Origin: Felis catus
Lineage: Eukaryota
Assembly (NCBI RefSeq): GCF_018350175.1
Contig: NC_058383.1
Span: 13,704,001-13,768,000 of the forward strand
Reading direction: 5' to 3'
Length of the DNA: 64,000 nucleotides
Translations under genes and position numbers: made by a program
The notes under the pieces: generated by a model
Database searches by the model: none
What the model saw: only the letters and a program-made list of their open reading frames with translations
What the model was told of the DNA's origin: nothing
Shown: positions 47,933-60,765 of the stretch, one piece after another
How positions within the stretch are numbered: the first letter of the stretch is position 1
How the letters are laid out: every line of letters starts with the position of its first letter

Positions 47933-50900
47933 GTGGGCAAACGGCTCCAAAAGGATCTATCATTCACCTTCCTAACATTTGGAAGTCATTTCTTACATCA
48001 CGTCTTTTTGTGACAATTACGCAGTCACAATCGATCACTATCCACACTTAACTGTGGAGTGTGGGAAGGTACTAGGAGCACAGAGGAATAAAAATCGCCC
48101 ACTCTCTCTCTAGAATGTGCTCTAACTAGCATTTACCGAAATGCCACTCACGGCCTTGTGCATAATAAAATAAAATAATTACAATTAGTCTGCCATGTGG
48201 GCAACTAGATCGTACTTTTATAGTGACTTCTCTGATGAACTGAGAGTCATGTTCACTGGAGCGGTAATATTTTCTACAAAGGGAGACTTAGAAATGGACT
48301 TTGTTTTTCTCCAAATATACAGATAATACATGTGTGCGTGCATATGTGCATGTATGTGTTGATTGTTACACCTAAAAATAGCAGAAAATGTCTGCTCCTG
48401 ACTATCACCAAGGGACAAACGACCCCAGGTTATTAGCTCCTAACAGACCTTTGTAGTTTTGGGGAAATGGGAAAAGTACCATGGGCTTCTGTATTATACA
48501 TAGAGGACATAACTAGAAAATTCCTGTGTTGGGACCATGTCAGCACCAGAATTGACTGTCTGGTTGTTTACTGATTATTTCTTTATAGCTGATGCAAAAT
48601 ATTGGAAGGCATCTCCGGGCTTCCGTATTCTAGGGAGTCCCTGTAAAGAGAATTTCTTGCTGCACCTGACATTTTAGCTGTGACTGGTCAGACCCCTGGT
48701 CCAGGAAGAGGAACGGTCAGCCTATTCCCAGCAGAACGGGATTTTAGATGCGGAAACCTCCTAACAGTCTTGAAACAGAGAGCTTCTTGAGGATGTGAAT
48801 CTTGCAGGTGCTCTAGTATTACCCTTTAAGTTGGGGAAACTGAGGCCCGTGGACTCTAATCAGACCTTCCCAAGGCCACCGGACCTGAGGCAGCACAGGC
48901 AGGAGCCCTGCCCTCAAGAGTCCTCTGCCTGTTGTTCTCGTCATCGTACAGCATGGCCTTCCATGTCCAGGACCAGCAGATGCCAAGTTTGGCAACGTAT
49001 CCACCTTCACTTTTGTTGGAGAGCTTAAAAAACGAAAATGAAATGGTATTCTAAGTAAGTCTCTCCTCTAAGCGGGCCAGGATTTATTTCTCTCCCGCCC
49101 CCCGCCCCCCCCCCCCCCGCCGCCGTACCTTTTACTTATTTATTTTCTTAACAGAGGGTGTAGCCCCAAGACTGAGAACTAAAGGAACAGATTGCTCAGC
49201 CCCTCATGCGTCTGCCCTGGTGGTGGATCATTAATGGTGTAGAAAATGAGGGCAGTGCTGGGCAGGCCGGGGTGGGGTGCTTGCCGCTTTAAGAGATTTA
49301 TGTGGAGGTCTGAGCCGGGGAGCCAGCACGGTGGTACATCATCATGCAGGCGACATCAGAGACTTTCTTCTTCGCTTGGGTGCATTATCATAAAAAGTGA
49401 TTTAGACTGGAGCTGATTGATGCAAATGGCCCTATGTTCTTTCCTATCATTAGCGGCCTCTTTCAGTGGCCAGAGGCAGTGATTAAAGCTGTCATTTGGA
49501 GCTGCTCATTAAAGGCAAGCCCCAGAATAGCAGGAGGAAAAGAGGTTGGAGAGGCATATACATACATACATATGTACGTATACATGCGTGTGTATGTTTT
49601 GGGGGAGGGGGGGCCTTAAAAACACATCATCCCTTTCCAGATCAAACCACTGAAATCAAGGCTGTAGAGACATTTCCACCGAGAATATAGAGTGCTCTTT
49701 TGCAAGTAATATTAGATTTTCGGGAGTGTCACAGTAGATTCGGATAACAGCTTGCCTACCTAATATGAAAGGAGACAAGGGGGTATTGTGTTAGGTGTGT
49801 TTTGTTACAGTTTGACCCCGGTGAGAACTCATTAAACCTCCCTCCTCTCAGGGACTTCAGAGGTGGCCACAGGAGAGCCGAGGGCAGGGTTGCCGAGAGT
49901 GGCTGGCCTCAGTAAGTCCCACTGCGACAGTGGTGACCCGAGGGATGGAGAGAAGGAGAGCAGGGAGGGGCTCCTTTGCCGAGCCCAGAGGAGATACAGG
50001 GATGTCAATCAGAGAGAGGTAGGCCTGGGCCAGCCCCCATATAGGAGGGGAATGGGAAGGGAAGATCCATACACGCAAGACGAGGGGTGAATGGGAGCAC
50101 GCGCTCACCCTTGTGGTACAACTGGGCTTGACTGGGCACCTGCCAGCGCATCCATAAACACGCATTCACATCCTCGTGCACGCCCATTTTAGGTCCGGGT
50201 CCGCATGGTCCTTCCAAGTGACAGAAGTGCCTGCAAGTCTCCTCACCCAGGCTCCCAATGAGCTCCACGACACCTGACATGGTGGTCGGGATGGCGGGTG
50301 GCGGGCGGAACACGGGGGTGTGGAACCGGTGCTGGGGAAGCAGACGCCTTTGATTCTTAAAATAAAGCGGTTTCGGGCCGGAGGTGCAAGTGGCTGGAGA
50401 GGCCCCGCACACGCTCCCCAGCCGGTTGGTGTCGGACTGCCGAAATCCCACCCAACTTCTACAGCAGCTAGTCTTTGGCCGTCTTCACGAATTCCTCTGG
50501 GAGGAAAAAAAAAAAAAAGAAAGAAAGAAAGAAATTATCAATTTAATTTCTCTGTCTAATGAACTAGTCTTCTACATAAAAATTCAAATTGCTTTTATAT
50601 GTATATGTACATATATGTATACATATGGAAGCAGCGACCACCTCAGTTAGGCCGCCACCACCGTCTCCATGACAACTTCTTGCTGCGGCGGCTCATGTGA
50701 CTTCACAGTCACAGAGGCCTGAAATGAAGCAACGGAAAGTTTTAGTTTCTCTTCCGTCAGTTGCTGGATCCTAGGGGCTCCCGTGATAGGCTGCAGTGCA
50801 GGTGTGGGGGTTTCTGTTTGGTGTGGACAGCGGAGGACGGGACGCGATGAAATTCCTCCTCAAGCCACAAGGCAGGGATTGGAAGATTCTGCAGAGAGCA

Positions 50901-51720
50901 CTTCCTTTCTCAGGTTCCGAGCCAGTTGTTGGCTTCGAAGGTGTGGCCTTTGTCCTGCTCTCTGCCTTACTCCCCCCTGCTTCTTTCTCAGCCCGGGTCT
51001 GGCGGCACATCAGGGCCTATTAGTACTGATGCTGGGCTGTGATGTTCCTCTCCTCGGGGAGCACGGCAGCAGAACTGAACAAAGTCGCTAGTAATCTGTG
51101 CTTACAGCCTCCCCCCTGGGGAGAAAGCCCAGCCAGCTGGCACTCTCCCGCTGAGCACATTCACTTCCCCTGGCAGGCCTGCAGCCTGGCAGGGGCCCAG
51201 AGGCCGGCCGGCTGTGGGGCCATCCTGCCCCCGCGCCCCAGGCCACCCAGCTCTGGATCACGAGTGTGGTGCACTGCCTTCCAGACTGGACACCGGCTGA
51301 GACGTTGCATCCCATCTGCCTGGGCCTTTCCAGGCAGCCACCGTGGCTCCCTAGAAATAAAAAAACAGTGCTGGATGAAGAACAACTTGCTGGCCAGCTA
51401 CCTTAGGGGTTAATACGGGACCATTCCCCCTCCTTGTCTTTCTGATTTCCGAGCCTCTGGGTCAGTGACACAAGGAAGAATTCTCGTGAGATTGTTTTCC
51501 TGGAGTTGGAAGGCAGTTTGTGCATCTGCCTTGGATGATGAGGTGGGTAGTGAGTCGCAAGGATGAGGAAGGGTGGGGTAAGAGAGACATAGAGAGTCTT
51601 GGACGGGTATGTACATGGTGGAAAATCCCCAGAGGGAGAAAATTAGTGGCTAAGACCCCTTTGGATCCCAAACTTCATGGGTTTCCTGCCCATGTTTACT
51701 TTCCCCAGCACACTCATTGC

Positions 51721-54212
51721 TTGAACAGACAGATTACTAGTGATAACACTGAACTGGTCATCCAAAAACTCCCAACAAGCATTAAGTCCAGGACCAGATG
51801 GTTTCATAGGAGAATTCTACCAAACATTTAAAGAAGAGTTAATACCTATTCTCCTCAAACCATTCCAAACAATGAAATAGGAAGGAAGCTTTACCTTGAT
51901 ACCCAAACCAGACAAAAACACTACAAAAAAAAAAAAAAAAGGAAAAGAAAAGAAAGCTACAGTCAGTATCTCTGATGAACATAGATACACAAATCCTCAA
52001 CAAAATGTTAGCGAACAAAATTCAACAGTACGTTAAAAAGATCATTCACCACCATCAAGTGTGATTTATTCCAGAGATGCAAGGTGGTTCAATATTTGCA
52101 AATCAATCAGCGTGCTACATCACATTAACAGGAGAAAGGACAAAAACCATATGATCATTTTAGTGGATACCGAGAAAGCATTTGACAAAGTACAACATCC
52201 ATTCATGATAAAAACTCTAAACACAGTGGGTTTAGAGGGAAAATACCGCAACATAATACCACATATGTAAAACCCACAGCTGATGTCATACTCAGTATCA
52301 AAAGCTGAGAGATTTTCCTCTAAGATCAAGAACAAGACAAGAATGGCCACTCTCACCAGTTTTATTCAACGTGGTCCTGGAAGTCCTAGCTGCAGCAGTC
52401 AGATAACAAAAAGAAATAAAATGCATCCAAATTGGTAAGGAAGAGGTAAAACTCTCACTATTTGCAGATGGCATGATACTATATATAAAGAGCCCTAAAG
52501 ACTCTACCAGAAATCTACTAGAATAAATCAATTCTGTAAAGTTGCATGATAAAAATTAGAATACGGGTATCTGTTGTGTGTCTATACACTAATGAAGTAG
52601 CAGAAAGAGAAATTAAGAAAGCAGTCCTGTTTACAATGGCACCAAAAAGAATAAAATACCTAAGAATAAACTTATTCTCAAAACTGTAAGACGTCGATGA
52701 AAGAAATTGAAGATGATACAAACAAATGGGAAGATATACCATGCTCATGGATTGGAAGAATTAATATTGTTAAAATGTCCATACTACCCAAAGAAATCTA
52801 CAGGATAAATGCAATCCTTGTCAAAATACCAATAGCGCTTTTCACCGAACTAGGACACATAATTTTAAAACTTAAATGGAACCACAAACGATCTTGAATA
52901 GGCAAAGCAATCTTGAGAAAGAAGAATAAAGCTAGAGGTATCATAATCCTGATAATCAAGATACACTACAAAGCTATACTAATCAAAACAGTCTGGTACT
53001 GGCACAAAAATACACATATATATCAATGGTCAATGAACCTATGAAAGAGGTGGCAAGAATATACAATGGGAAAAAGACTGTCTTTTCGATAAATGGTGCT
53101 GGGAAAACTGGACAGCAACATGCAAAAGAATGAAACAAGACTGCTTTATTACACCATACACAAAAACAAACTCAAAATGGATTAAGGACCTAAATGTGAG
53201 ACCTGAAATTATAAAGCTCCTAAAAGAAAACATAGGCATTAATCTCTTAGATATTGCTCTTAGCAGGATATTTATGGATACATCTCTTCAGAGACGGGAA
53301 ACGAAAGCAAAAATAAACTATTGGGACTACACCAAAATAAAAAGCTTTTGCACCACAGAGGAAACTATCAACAATATGAAAAGGCAACCTACAGAATGGG
53401 AGAAGATATTTGCAAATGATATATCTGACGAGGGGCTAATATCCGAAATATATAAAGAAATTATACAACATAAGACCGAAGAAACAGTCTGTTTAAAAAG
53501 TGGGCAGAAGACCTGAATAGGCATTTTTCCAAAGAAGACGTACAAGTGGCCAACAGACACGTGAAAAGATGCTCAACATCACTCGTCATCAGGGAAATAC
53601 AATGAGATATCACCTCACACCAGTCAGAATGACTAGCATCAAAAAGACAAATAACAAGTGTTGATAAAGATCTTGGAGAAAAGATTTATCCAATCTTTTG
53701 GATAAAGATTTGGAGAAAACATTTGGAGAACCCTCATGCGCCGCTGGTAGGAATGTAAATTGTTGCAGCCACTGTGGAAAACAGTATGGAGGTTCCTAAA
53801 AAAAAAATGGAAAATAGAAATACCATATGATCCAGTAATTTGACTACTGGGTATTTACCCAAAGCAAATAATTCAAAGAAACAAATTCAGAAAGTTATAT
53901 GCACCCCTATCCTATGTTATTGTAGCATTATTTATAATAGCCAAGATATGGGAGCAACCCAAGTGTCCATGGATAAATGAATGGATAAGGAAGATGTGGA
54001 TATGTGTACAATGACCTATTACTCAGCCATTGAAAAAAATGAGATTTTACCATTTGTGAGAACATGGCTGGACCTAGAGAGTATTATGCTAAGTGAAACA
54101 AGTCCGATAGAAAAAGACAAATAGCATATGATTTCATTTCCATGTGTGGAATCCAAAAAACAAATAAAACAAATAGATTCAAGTTGCCAGAGGGGAGGTG
54201 GGTGGGAAATGC
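51721..54212 (+). mobile_element. Carnivore L1, truncated at both ends, disrupted ORF2 (RT and C-terminal parts) plus partial 3' UTR
   Basis: ORF2 peptides in the ORF track ([67 protein letters not shown]); RT motif FADD reads FADG at 52461-52472; many stops and frameshifts. Confidence 0.97.
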
Positions 54213-54739
54213 ATGGGAAGAAAAAGAAACCATTCCATCCCTTGAACCAGATCTTCTACCAAAGGAGCAGGGTCCTGAGAGGCCCCTCAGGGAAAGTTCC
54301 TTCCAGTCACTGCCCTGGCTTCCTAAACACCACGAACAGTCTACAGTTTTCTCAGAATTTTTAGGGCTTCTCAGGCTCAGGATTTTGCTGCCCAGCCTCC
54401 AGAAAATATGTCCTGCAAGGTCTGTGGCTTTTCTAGGAAGAACAAGTGAAAAGCATTTCTTCTGCCTTTTTTTCCAGACTCCATGTGTGTGTGTGGCTCC
54501 CAGTTGACACAGGTAGAGGTCAACTGGGCTGTCTTTATCGGGCATACAGTTGTCCTGATAAAAGCCCGGGGACAAGGCCAAAGGGCAGTGCATTCTGCTA
54601 CAAAGTTTTATGTTACCAGAAGGTGTTTAATGGAGGAATTTCTCCAGAAGGAAGAAGTTAAAAGATCTGAATGAAACGGCTCTTCTTCAAACTTCACCTG
54701 TCCCATTGATCTGAGTCCACAGAGCAGTGACACAAACAA

Positions 54740-54975
54740 TAGCAATAATTGCTAAGCTTTGGAGGGCGCGTTCTCTGCGCGGGACACTCTGCTGGACTCT
54801 TGACACAATGTCATGTCATGCTGGAGGCAGTGCAGGGAGGGAGGGACGGGCACTAGCCCCACTTGGCAGGTGGGGACACCGGGCCCAGAGCCTTCTCAGC
54901 ATCATGTAGCTGCCTCATGGAGGACCCAGGATCTGAACCCACGTGCTGGCCTAAAGAGGACGCTGTTGACCACGA
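54740..54975 (-). mobile_element. MIR SINE, degraded
   Basis: AATAGCAATAATTGCTAAG...CCCAGGATCTGAACCCA...TGACCAC. Confidence 0.55.
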
Positions 54976-55059
54976 CTGGTCGGGGAGGTACCTTTTGGCT
55001 CTCACAGCTGACACCATATGCCCCCCTGTGGATAGCAGCTCAAATTTTGCATTTGTAGT

Positions 55060-55200
55060 GGGATGATCTGACGACTCTGAGCTCCTCAAGGGCAAGGTCA
55101 TGTCTATTTTTATCTGCGGCCAAGTCCCCAGTGTCTGACAGGGTGCCCTGCACTCTATGTGCGCAGTACTTAGTTGCCACAGGAAAGAGTGCCTGAATGG
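55060..55200 (+). mobile_element. L2 3' end
   Basis: TGAGCTCCTCAAGGGCAAGGTCATGTCTATTTT...TCCCCAGTGTCTGACAGGGTGCC. Confidence 0.7.
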
Positions 55201-55494
55201 TGGTCAGGGCTTAACACGCGAGGTCTTCAAAAGTCAATGTGCGTTCCAAATCCAAGATACTTTTCTCAAAATAGAGCATAAAATGAAATGTTTAAGATTG
55301 GAGAAACTCGAGCAGTAGGAATTATTGCGGAGGGAATATGGGATTATTGATAGCACATGGTCCCAGAAGAGATCTTAAGGGACAGGGTCAAGAGCAGAGA
55401 AGAATTTTCATTAGCAGAAAGAGGGCATTTCCTCTTTAGAGACCAGAGGTGAAGGGGGAGTAGGGGGAAGGATCCAGTCTGTAGTCTTGGGCTT

Positions 55495-55740
55495 TGTATC
55501 TCCAAGGAGTGCTTTCAGAGGCAAGTAATAGAGAGCTTGACCAGCAGTGTGGGAAATAATTACGTACTTTTCTCGCGTGGTTGCAAGAAAGGCACAGGCA
55601 GCCAGCCCCCGTCGTTGGTTCAGTGGCTCAGCTGTCAGGACCTTTGAGACTTTCTCAGACTGACCCTCCCATGCTCTGTTTATTGCGGTTCCTGGCATCA
55701 CATCTGCATTCAAGGAAAAGAAATGTCCTTCTTACCCTTT
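55495..55740. mobile_element. MaLR LTR fragment (MLT1-like)
   Basis: GCTTTCAGAGGCAAGTAATAGAGA...TTGGTTCAGTGGCTCAG...GTTCCTGGCATCACATCTGCATTCAAG. Confidence 0.55.
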
Positions 55741-57317
55741 TTTAGCTCAAAAGTGGGACCATCCCCTCCGGCTTCTGTTGGATCTCTGACGCTGGCCAGA
55801 GTCACAGGGAAGATGGAACAGTGAGCCTGTAGCTGCCCCCCTCCCCCCAACCGGGGAGTGGGCAAGGGTGCCGAGAGGGTGGGGCACCGGCTCCGTGTGT
55901 TGCCTGCCAGCTGGCCAGGACAGGGGTTGGGGCTTTGTGACCATGGCCATCCTACAGCCGCCACAGGGGAGTTTCAAGGGCCAGCGGGGTCTAGGCCTCT
56001 GCTGACCTTATTTCTTCTAGGAAGGCCAAAAGATGTTTGTGGGAGATTCCTGAGAAACTGTGCGAAGGGGAGAGTGGGAAGAGTTCACTTACTCACCCAT
56101 GAGTTGCTAGAACTCGGTGAAGTTAGGGGCATCACAGGTTTGTGAAATCTACTTTTGCTGAAATTTACATCCTCTTCTCTACTTTCTGTCTCCACGCCCC
56201 CCCCCGCAAGAGAAATTGAACCATTACATGCAACAGAAAGGATTTTCCTCAGTATTAGCAGCTACTTTTGTCCAGTATCTCCACATAAAATGATGGTCTT
56301 TCTGCTTCAGATCTCCAGAAAATTTCTTCCCGGTAACAACTTAACTTCGAAAATGGGGAAACAAACCTAAGCATAAAAAGAACCCCACTTAACGCTTGTA
56401 CAGAGCCTTCCAAGGAAGATCTGATATAAACAGATTTGCACCCCCTCCTCCCTCTTACACCAGCCGTTCAACACCTACCAACACGCCCATTTACCAGTTA
56501 ACAGTTACATCCTACTGGTCCAGAGATGGGGCATTAACTAGTCTAGTGATGACTGGGGCCAGGAGACCTCTAGAAAAGTCAGTGGTTGCCCTGGGCTTTT
56601 GCTGCCTCTTTGGGCAGGTCACTTTACCTCTGCTGGGGCTGTGAAAGGAAGCTGGGCAGATCTCAGAGGACCGTGCCAGCCTGTAACATCCTCTCAACCT
56701 CCCTTGATTCCAGCTGTCCTGAGGGACGGCTAAGGTGGCCCCGGCCCCTCCCCAAGCAGTGTCTCCCCGGAGGGGTCAGCCTCCCGGGTCCTACTTAGCA
56801 TCTCAGCTTGTGCCTTCATTCTCCCCTGACCCTCATTAACCAAGAGGAAAAACCAATTCCAAAAAGGACTCCGTTGCCCATATTGTATATTTCACATCCG
56901 CAGAGCACGCTGTGTGCCCTATTAAGAATTAACACTGCGATCACTAAACTCATCCCATTTGTGCCAGGGGCCCTGTTCACAACCTGCTTTCCCAGCAGAG
57001 TGGGGCCAGTGGATTAGTATCTCCCCACGCGAGGTGGAGTGGTTCTCATCTCTTTTTAATGCCTTTGGCAAGGGACAGAGACAGGGAGAGAGAGGGAAAG
57101 GCAGGGAGAGAGAGCAAGGAAAAAAGAAAAACACAAAAGAAGAACAAGAGTGAGAGAAAGGCACGCTAACAGCAGCCCCACGTTTTGTTAGAACATTGGC
57201 ACTGCATTTATCAGGATTACCGGAGGGTGAGCTGGGTTTGATCCTGTTCTCCACTGGGAAAGGAAAAAGCTTTATTGTACCTTTTTTTAACATCTCACAG
57301 TTAGATCAGAACAATAC

Positions 57318-57320
<3 letters not shown>

Positions 57321-57364
<44 letters not shown>
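57321..57364 (+). repeat. (GT)22 microsatellite
   Basis: Perfect dinucleotide run. Confidence 0.98.
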
Positions 57365-57367
<3 letters not shown>

Positions 57368-58481
57368 CATACACACTGTGTGTATGTGCCTAAGGATGGT
57401 ATTCTACTTGGGACACACCCGATTTTCAAAGCACTTGCAGATCGGGTGACCTGAGGCTTTCTTATAAATAAGGCCAGATACAGAAAACCACCAGGCTCTC
57501 TCTGGGGCTCCCTTTCTAGCAGACTTTTTTTTTTTTTTTTCCTCCTTGCCCTGACTTAGATCAGCAGGATTCACTCCTGTCAAACAAATTATAGCATCTA
57601 TGAAATGGGGATATCGACATGTGTGACTTGATCTGTTTTAATAGGGACCCGGTGGGAGTTTCCTCCCTGCCCCACTGAGCTTTGTATTCTTTATGGAAAG
57701 GCAGACAGGGCGCTGGAGGAGGCTGCGGGCTTTAACCCTTTGCTGACAGCAGGTTGCCAGCCTCCCGTGTTCTGGCTGTTTCCTTTTTGTCCCTGGCCAT
57801 TGTCTGGGGAGTGCATGCAGCCTGCCATCCACTTCATGCTTATTATCTCACAGGAGACAAGCTCACCCCAGGAGGAGGAAGAGAGAGCTGTGTTTTGAGC
57901 CACATCTTTTGATTTCCTATCTTCCCTCTGAAATAATTAGAAGTATTGGTCAAGGTTTAAAAAAAAAAAAAAAGCAGCCAAGAGGGGAAAAAATACATCG
58001 TGTAACCCTGGCATTTTGTTTTTTTAAGAGGTTATTATCCTGGCTGCCATTTGCCCCTCACGGAACGACTAGCGTTTTAGCCGTGGCAGCAGGGAACAGT
58101 GAGGGGAACGGCCTGCCGAAGGATTTCCTCCAGTCAAGTACACGAGGGACTTGCATGTGTCCACATGACCGATTCTCCTGTTTCATCGTTTTCTCCCTTT
58201 CCCTTTTCTCAGAGTCAGTTGCTAAGGAAGGAGTCCCCTGGTGCCTCCTCAGACAGTGGGCCCTGGGGCCCATTAACCTCCTGGGGTAGTTGGGTCCCAG
58301 CTGAAGCCAGTGACAGGGGCCCTGTCACAGCACTGCCTCCGGGAGGTGCTTAGCGCCCTGGCTGCCTTCCCACACCAGCTCCTGTAGGGGTGCGGGGTCC
58401 CATCCAACAGGTGCACCTCCTCATGCCCTCTCCCTTAGACTGGGAGCGCCAGGGGGCCAAGGGCAGGAGGGCCGGCTTTCT

Positions 58482-58708
58482 CTTTTTGTTTTTTTTTTTT
58501 ATTTTTTTTCGTGTTTATTTATTTTTGAAAGCGAGAGAGAGCACGCGTGCACCCGAGTGGGGGAGGGAAGAGAGCGTAACAGAGGAGCCAAAGCGGGTTC
58601 TGCACTGACAGCAGCGAACCCCACGTGGGGCTCACACTGGCAAACTGCCAAGATTGTGACCTGAGCTGAAGTCGGACACTCAACCGACTGGAGCCACCCA
58701 GGTGCCCC
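58482..58708 (-). mobile_element. Can-SINE
   Basis: SINE body; TSD GGCCGGCTTTCT (58470) / GGCCAGCTTTCT (58711). Confidence 0.95.
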
Positions 58709-60253
58709 AAGGCCAGCTTTCTTGGTGCCTTCTTTCTGAGCACAGCGTTGGTGTGAAAAATCGCACACGGATGCAACTTGAGGCAGGAGGACTCCTACTG
58801 TACAGCACAGATTTACGTTGTTTAGAGCCAGTCAAGAAGCTCAGAAACGTCATAATATCCTGTTTACTTACTGGTGTAGGCAGCTCGGCTCACGGCTCCT
58901 TTTATAAAGCGAGAAATCCTTTAACGTAGCCCGTATCTAGCGCTGACTTCCCTGTTCAAGGAGTCCCCAGCCAGAGAGCGCACCTTTGCCAGCGCACAGG
59001 AGCCACCGGAACCCAGCCGATCCCGGCCTGGTGCTCGGTGGGGTGCGGCCCCACCCTGACTGCTTCCTGCCCCGTTGTCCTCAACCTTGAGCGTCCATGT
59101 CCTCAGGTCACTGTGCTGTCTGGACTGGTGATTTCGTTGGGATTTTCCCACCCCTTTCTTCATTTAGGCCCCGCCCGGCAGAATTGGAGCAAGCTGGTTG
59201 GTAGTGCATCTGTCTTTCATTTTCCTTTGGGGAGAAAACCTCCTCTGGGCTCCAGTCCCCCCACTCACCGCTCACTGGCACTGCTTCGCAGCCTCTTTGT
59301 TGTGATTTGGGGTTTTGCTGCTACTCGTCCCTTCTGGTGCTAGACGAAGGGGCAGGGAGGGAAGCTGGGGAGTTGTAGAGAAGGGTGGTCAGAAGTGAGC
59401 TTGCGGGAAAGAGGCAAGACTGGGAGGCGAGCCCAGCCACTGAGCAGAAGGTGCTGAGGGTGGTGACGATTGGAGAAGGTGCGGTGGGGGGCCAGAAGAC
59501 GGAGCACAGAGCGGCAGCTTATCCATCTGGAAAGACCAGGGGACAGCTCCCATCCACACACGGCTCCCCTTCCCGGAGGCTAGGAAGGGCATGTTGAAGG
59601 CTTCAGTGTCGTTGCCACAGAGCACAGGGATGGGCCGCCCCCCCGCCATGCCAGGCTGGCCTCCTCCTCTTGACCGCTGAGTCCCCAGGTTGCTGACTCA
59701 GAGTGTGTGTGCCGCTAGCTCTCCCTTTCCCCCGCGGCTCAGTCAAGTGGTCCGGTGGGCCCTGAAGGATGATCACCCCATGGAGGGAGCCCCTCTGGCC
59801 ACCTGCACCCCTTCCACATCCTCTCTGAATGCCGTGCCCGGTTCTTTCCAGACTGTTCCCAGCCATTTTCTCCTCGTGTGAGGGCTTCCCTGGATTAACC
59901 CAGAGTGTACACCAAAGCACAGCTTTTTCCTTCCTCCAAAGTATAGACCCGTCCGTTGTTCTGACGCTGTTTCCCATCTTCTGCCGGATTTATTTTTCGG
60001 AAATGGGGGGTGGGGCCGGGTACGGGACCGCTCCTTGTGTAGGATATTAGATTGAGAAACCCAGACCTGCAAAACCTTTTAGATCCAATTCTTTGCAGAC
60101 AGATGTTTTTATGTCAGCATCGGGTCAGGGCAAGAGCAAAGATGAAGGAGGAAGGCCTAGCACAAGCTAGGGCCGCACGGTGGGCCAATTCAGAGATCTG
60201 CTAAGTGCCGTGTAATGCTACGGAGAGTCAGGTTCACCTCAGTGTAGACTTTT

Positions 60254-60462
60254 CTTTCTTTTTATGTATGTATGTATTTATTTGGAGAGAGACAGAGAGC
60301 GTGAGTGGGGGAGAGGGGCAGAGGGCGAGAGAGAGAGTCCCAAGCTGGTTCCATGCTTATCGGTGGAGCCCGACTCGGGGCTTAATCCCATGACCCAGGG
60401 ATCGTGACCTGAGCCGAAATCAAGAGTTGGACGTTCAACCAACTGAGCCACCCAGGTGCCCC
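60254..60462 (-). mobile_element. Can-SINE
   Basis: SINE body flanked by CAGTGTAGACTTT (60240 / 60463). Confidence 0.95.
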
Positions 60463-60475
60463 CAGTGTAGACTTT

Positions 60476-60654
60476 ACTTTTTCTTAAGTTTATTTATTTT
60501 GAGAGAGAGAGAAAGAAAGCGCGAGCAGGGGAGGATCAGAGAGAGAGGACAGAGAGAATCCCAAGCAGGCCCCACACTGACAGCACAGCACCTGATGTGG
60601 GGCTATGATCCGTGAACCGTGAGATCATGACCTGACCCACCCAGGCACAACCCC
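60476..60654 (-). mobile_element. Can-SINE with an internal deletion near the head
   Basis: GAGATCATGACCTGA joined directly to CCCACCCAGGCAC; flanked by CAGTGTAGACTTT (60463 / 60665). Confidence 0.92.
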
Positions 60655-60684
60655 ACCCCCCCAACAGTGTAGACTTTTTAAAGT

Positions 60685-60765
60685 CAAGTTGTTGAGTCAC
60701 CATATTGCACACCTGAAACTGATATAACACTGAATGTTAATTACACTTGATTGACAAATATAAAT
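60685..60765 (+). mobile_element. L1 extreme 3' stub (~80 bp)
   Basis: TTGTTGAGTCACCATATTGCACACCTGAAACTGATATAACACTG...TACACTT followed by an A-rich remnant. Confidence 0.8.

Noticed and set aside
51721..53520. Reverse-transcriptase-like peptides as a functional gene
   Set aside because: Fragments of a dead L1 ORF2 with stops, frameshifts and an FADD-to-FADG change
60685..60765. L1 stub as the missing 3' end of the 51.7-54.2 kb L1
   Set aside because: 6.5 kb of ordinary sequence with older repeats lies between them, and the stub has its own flanking duplication
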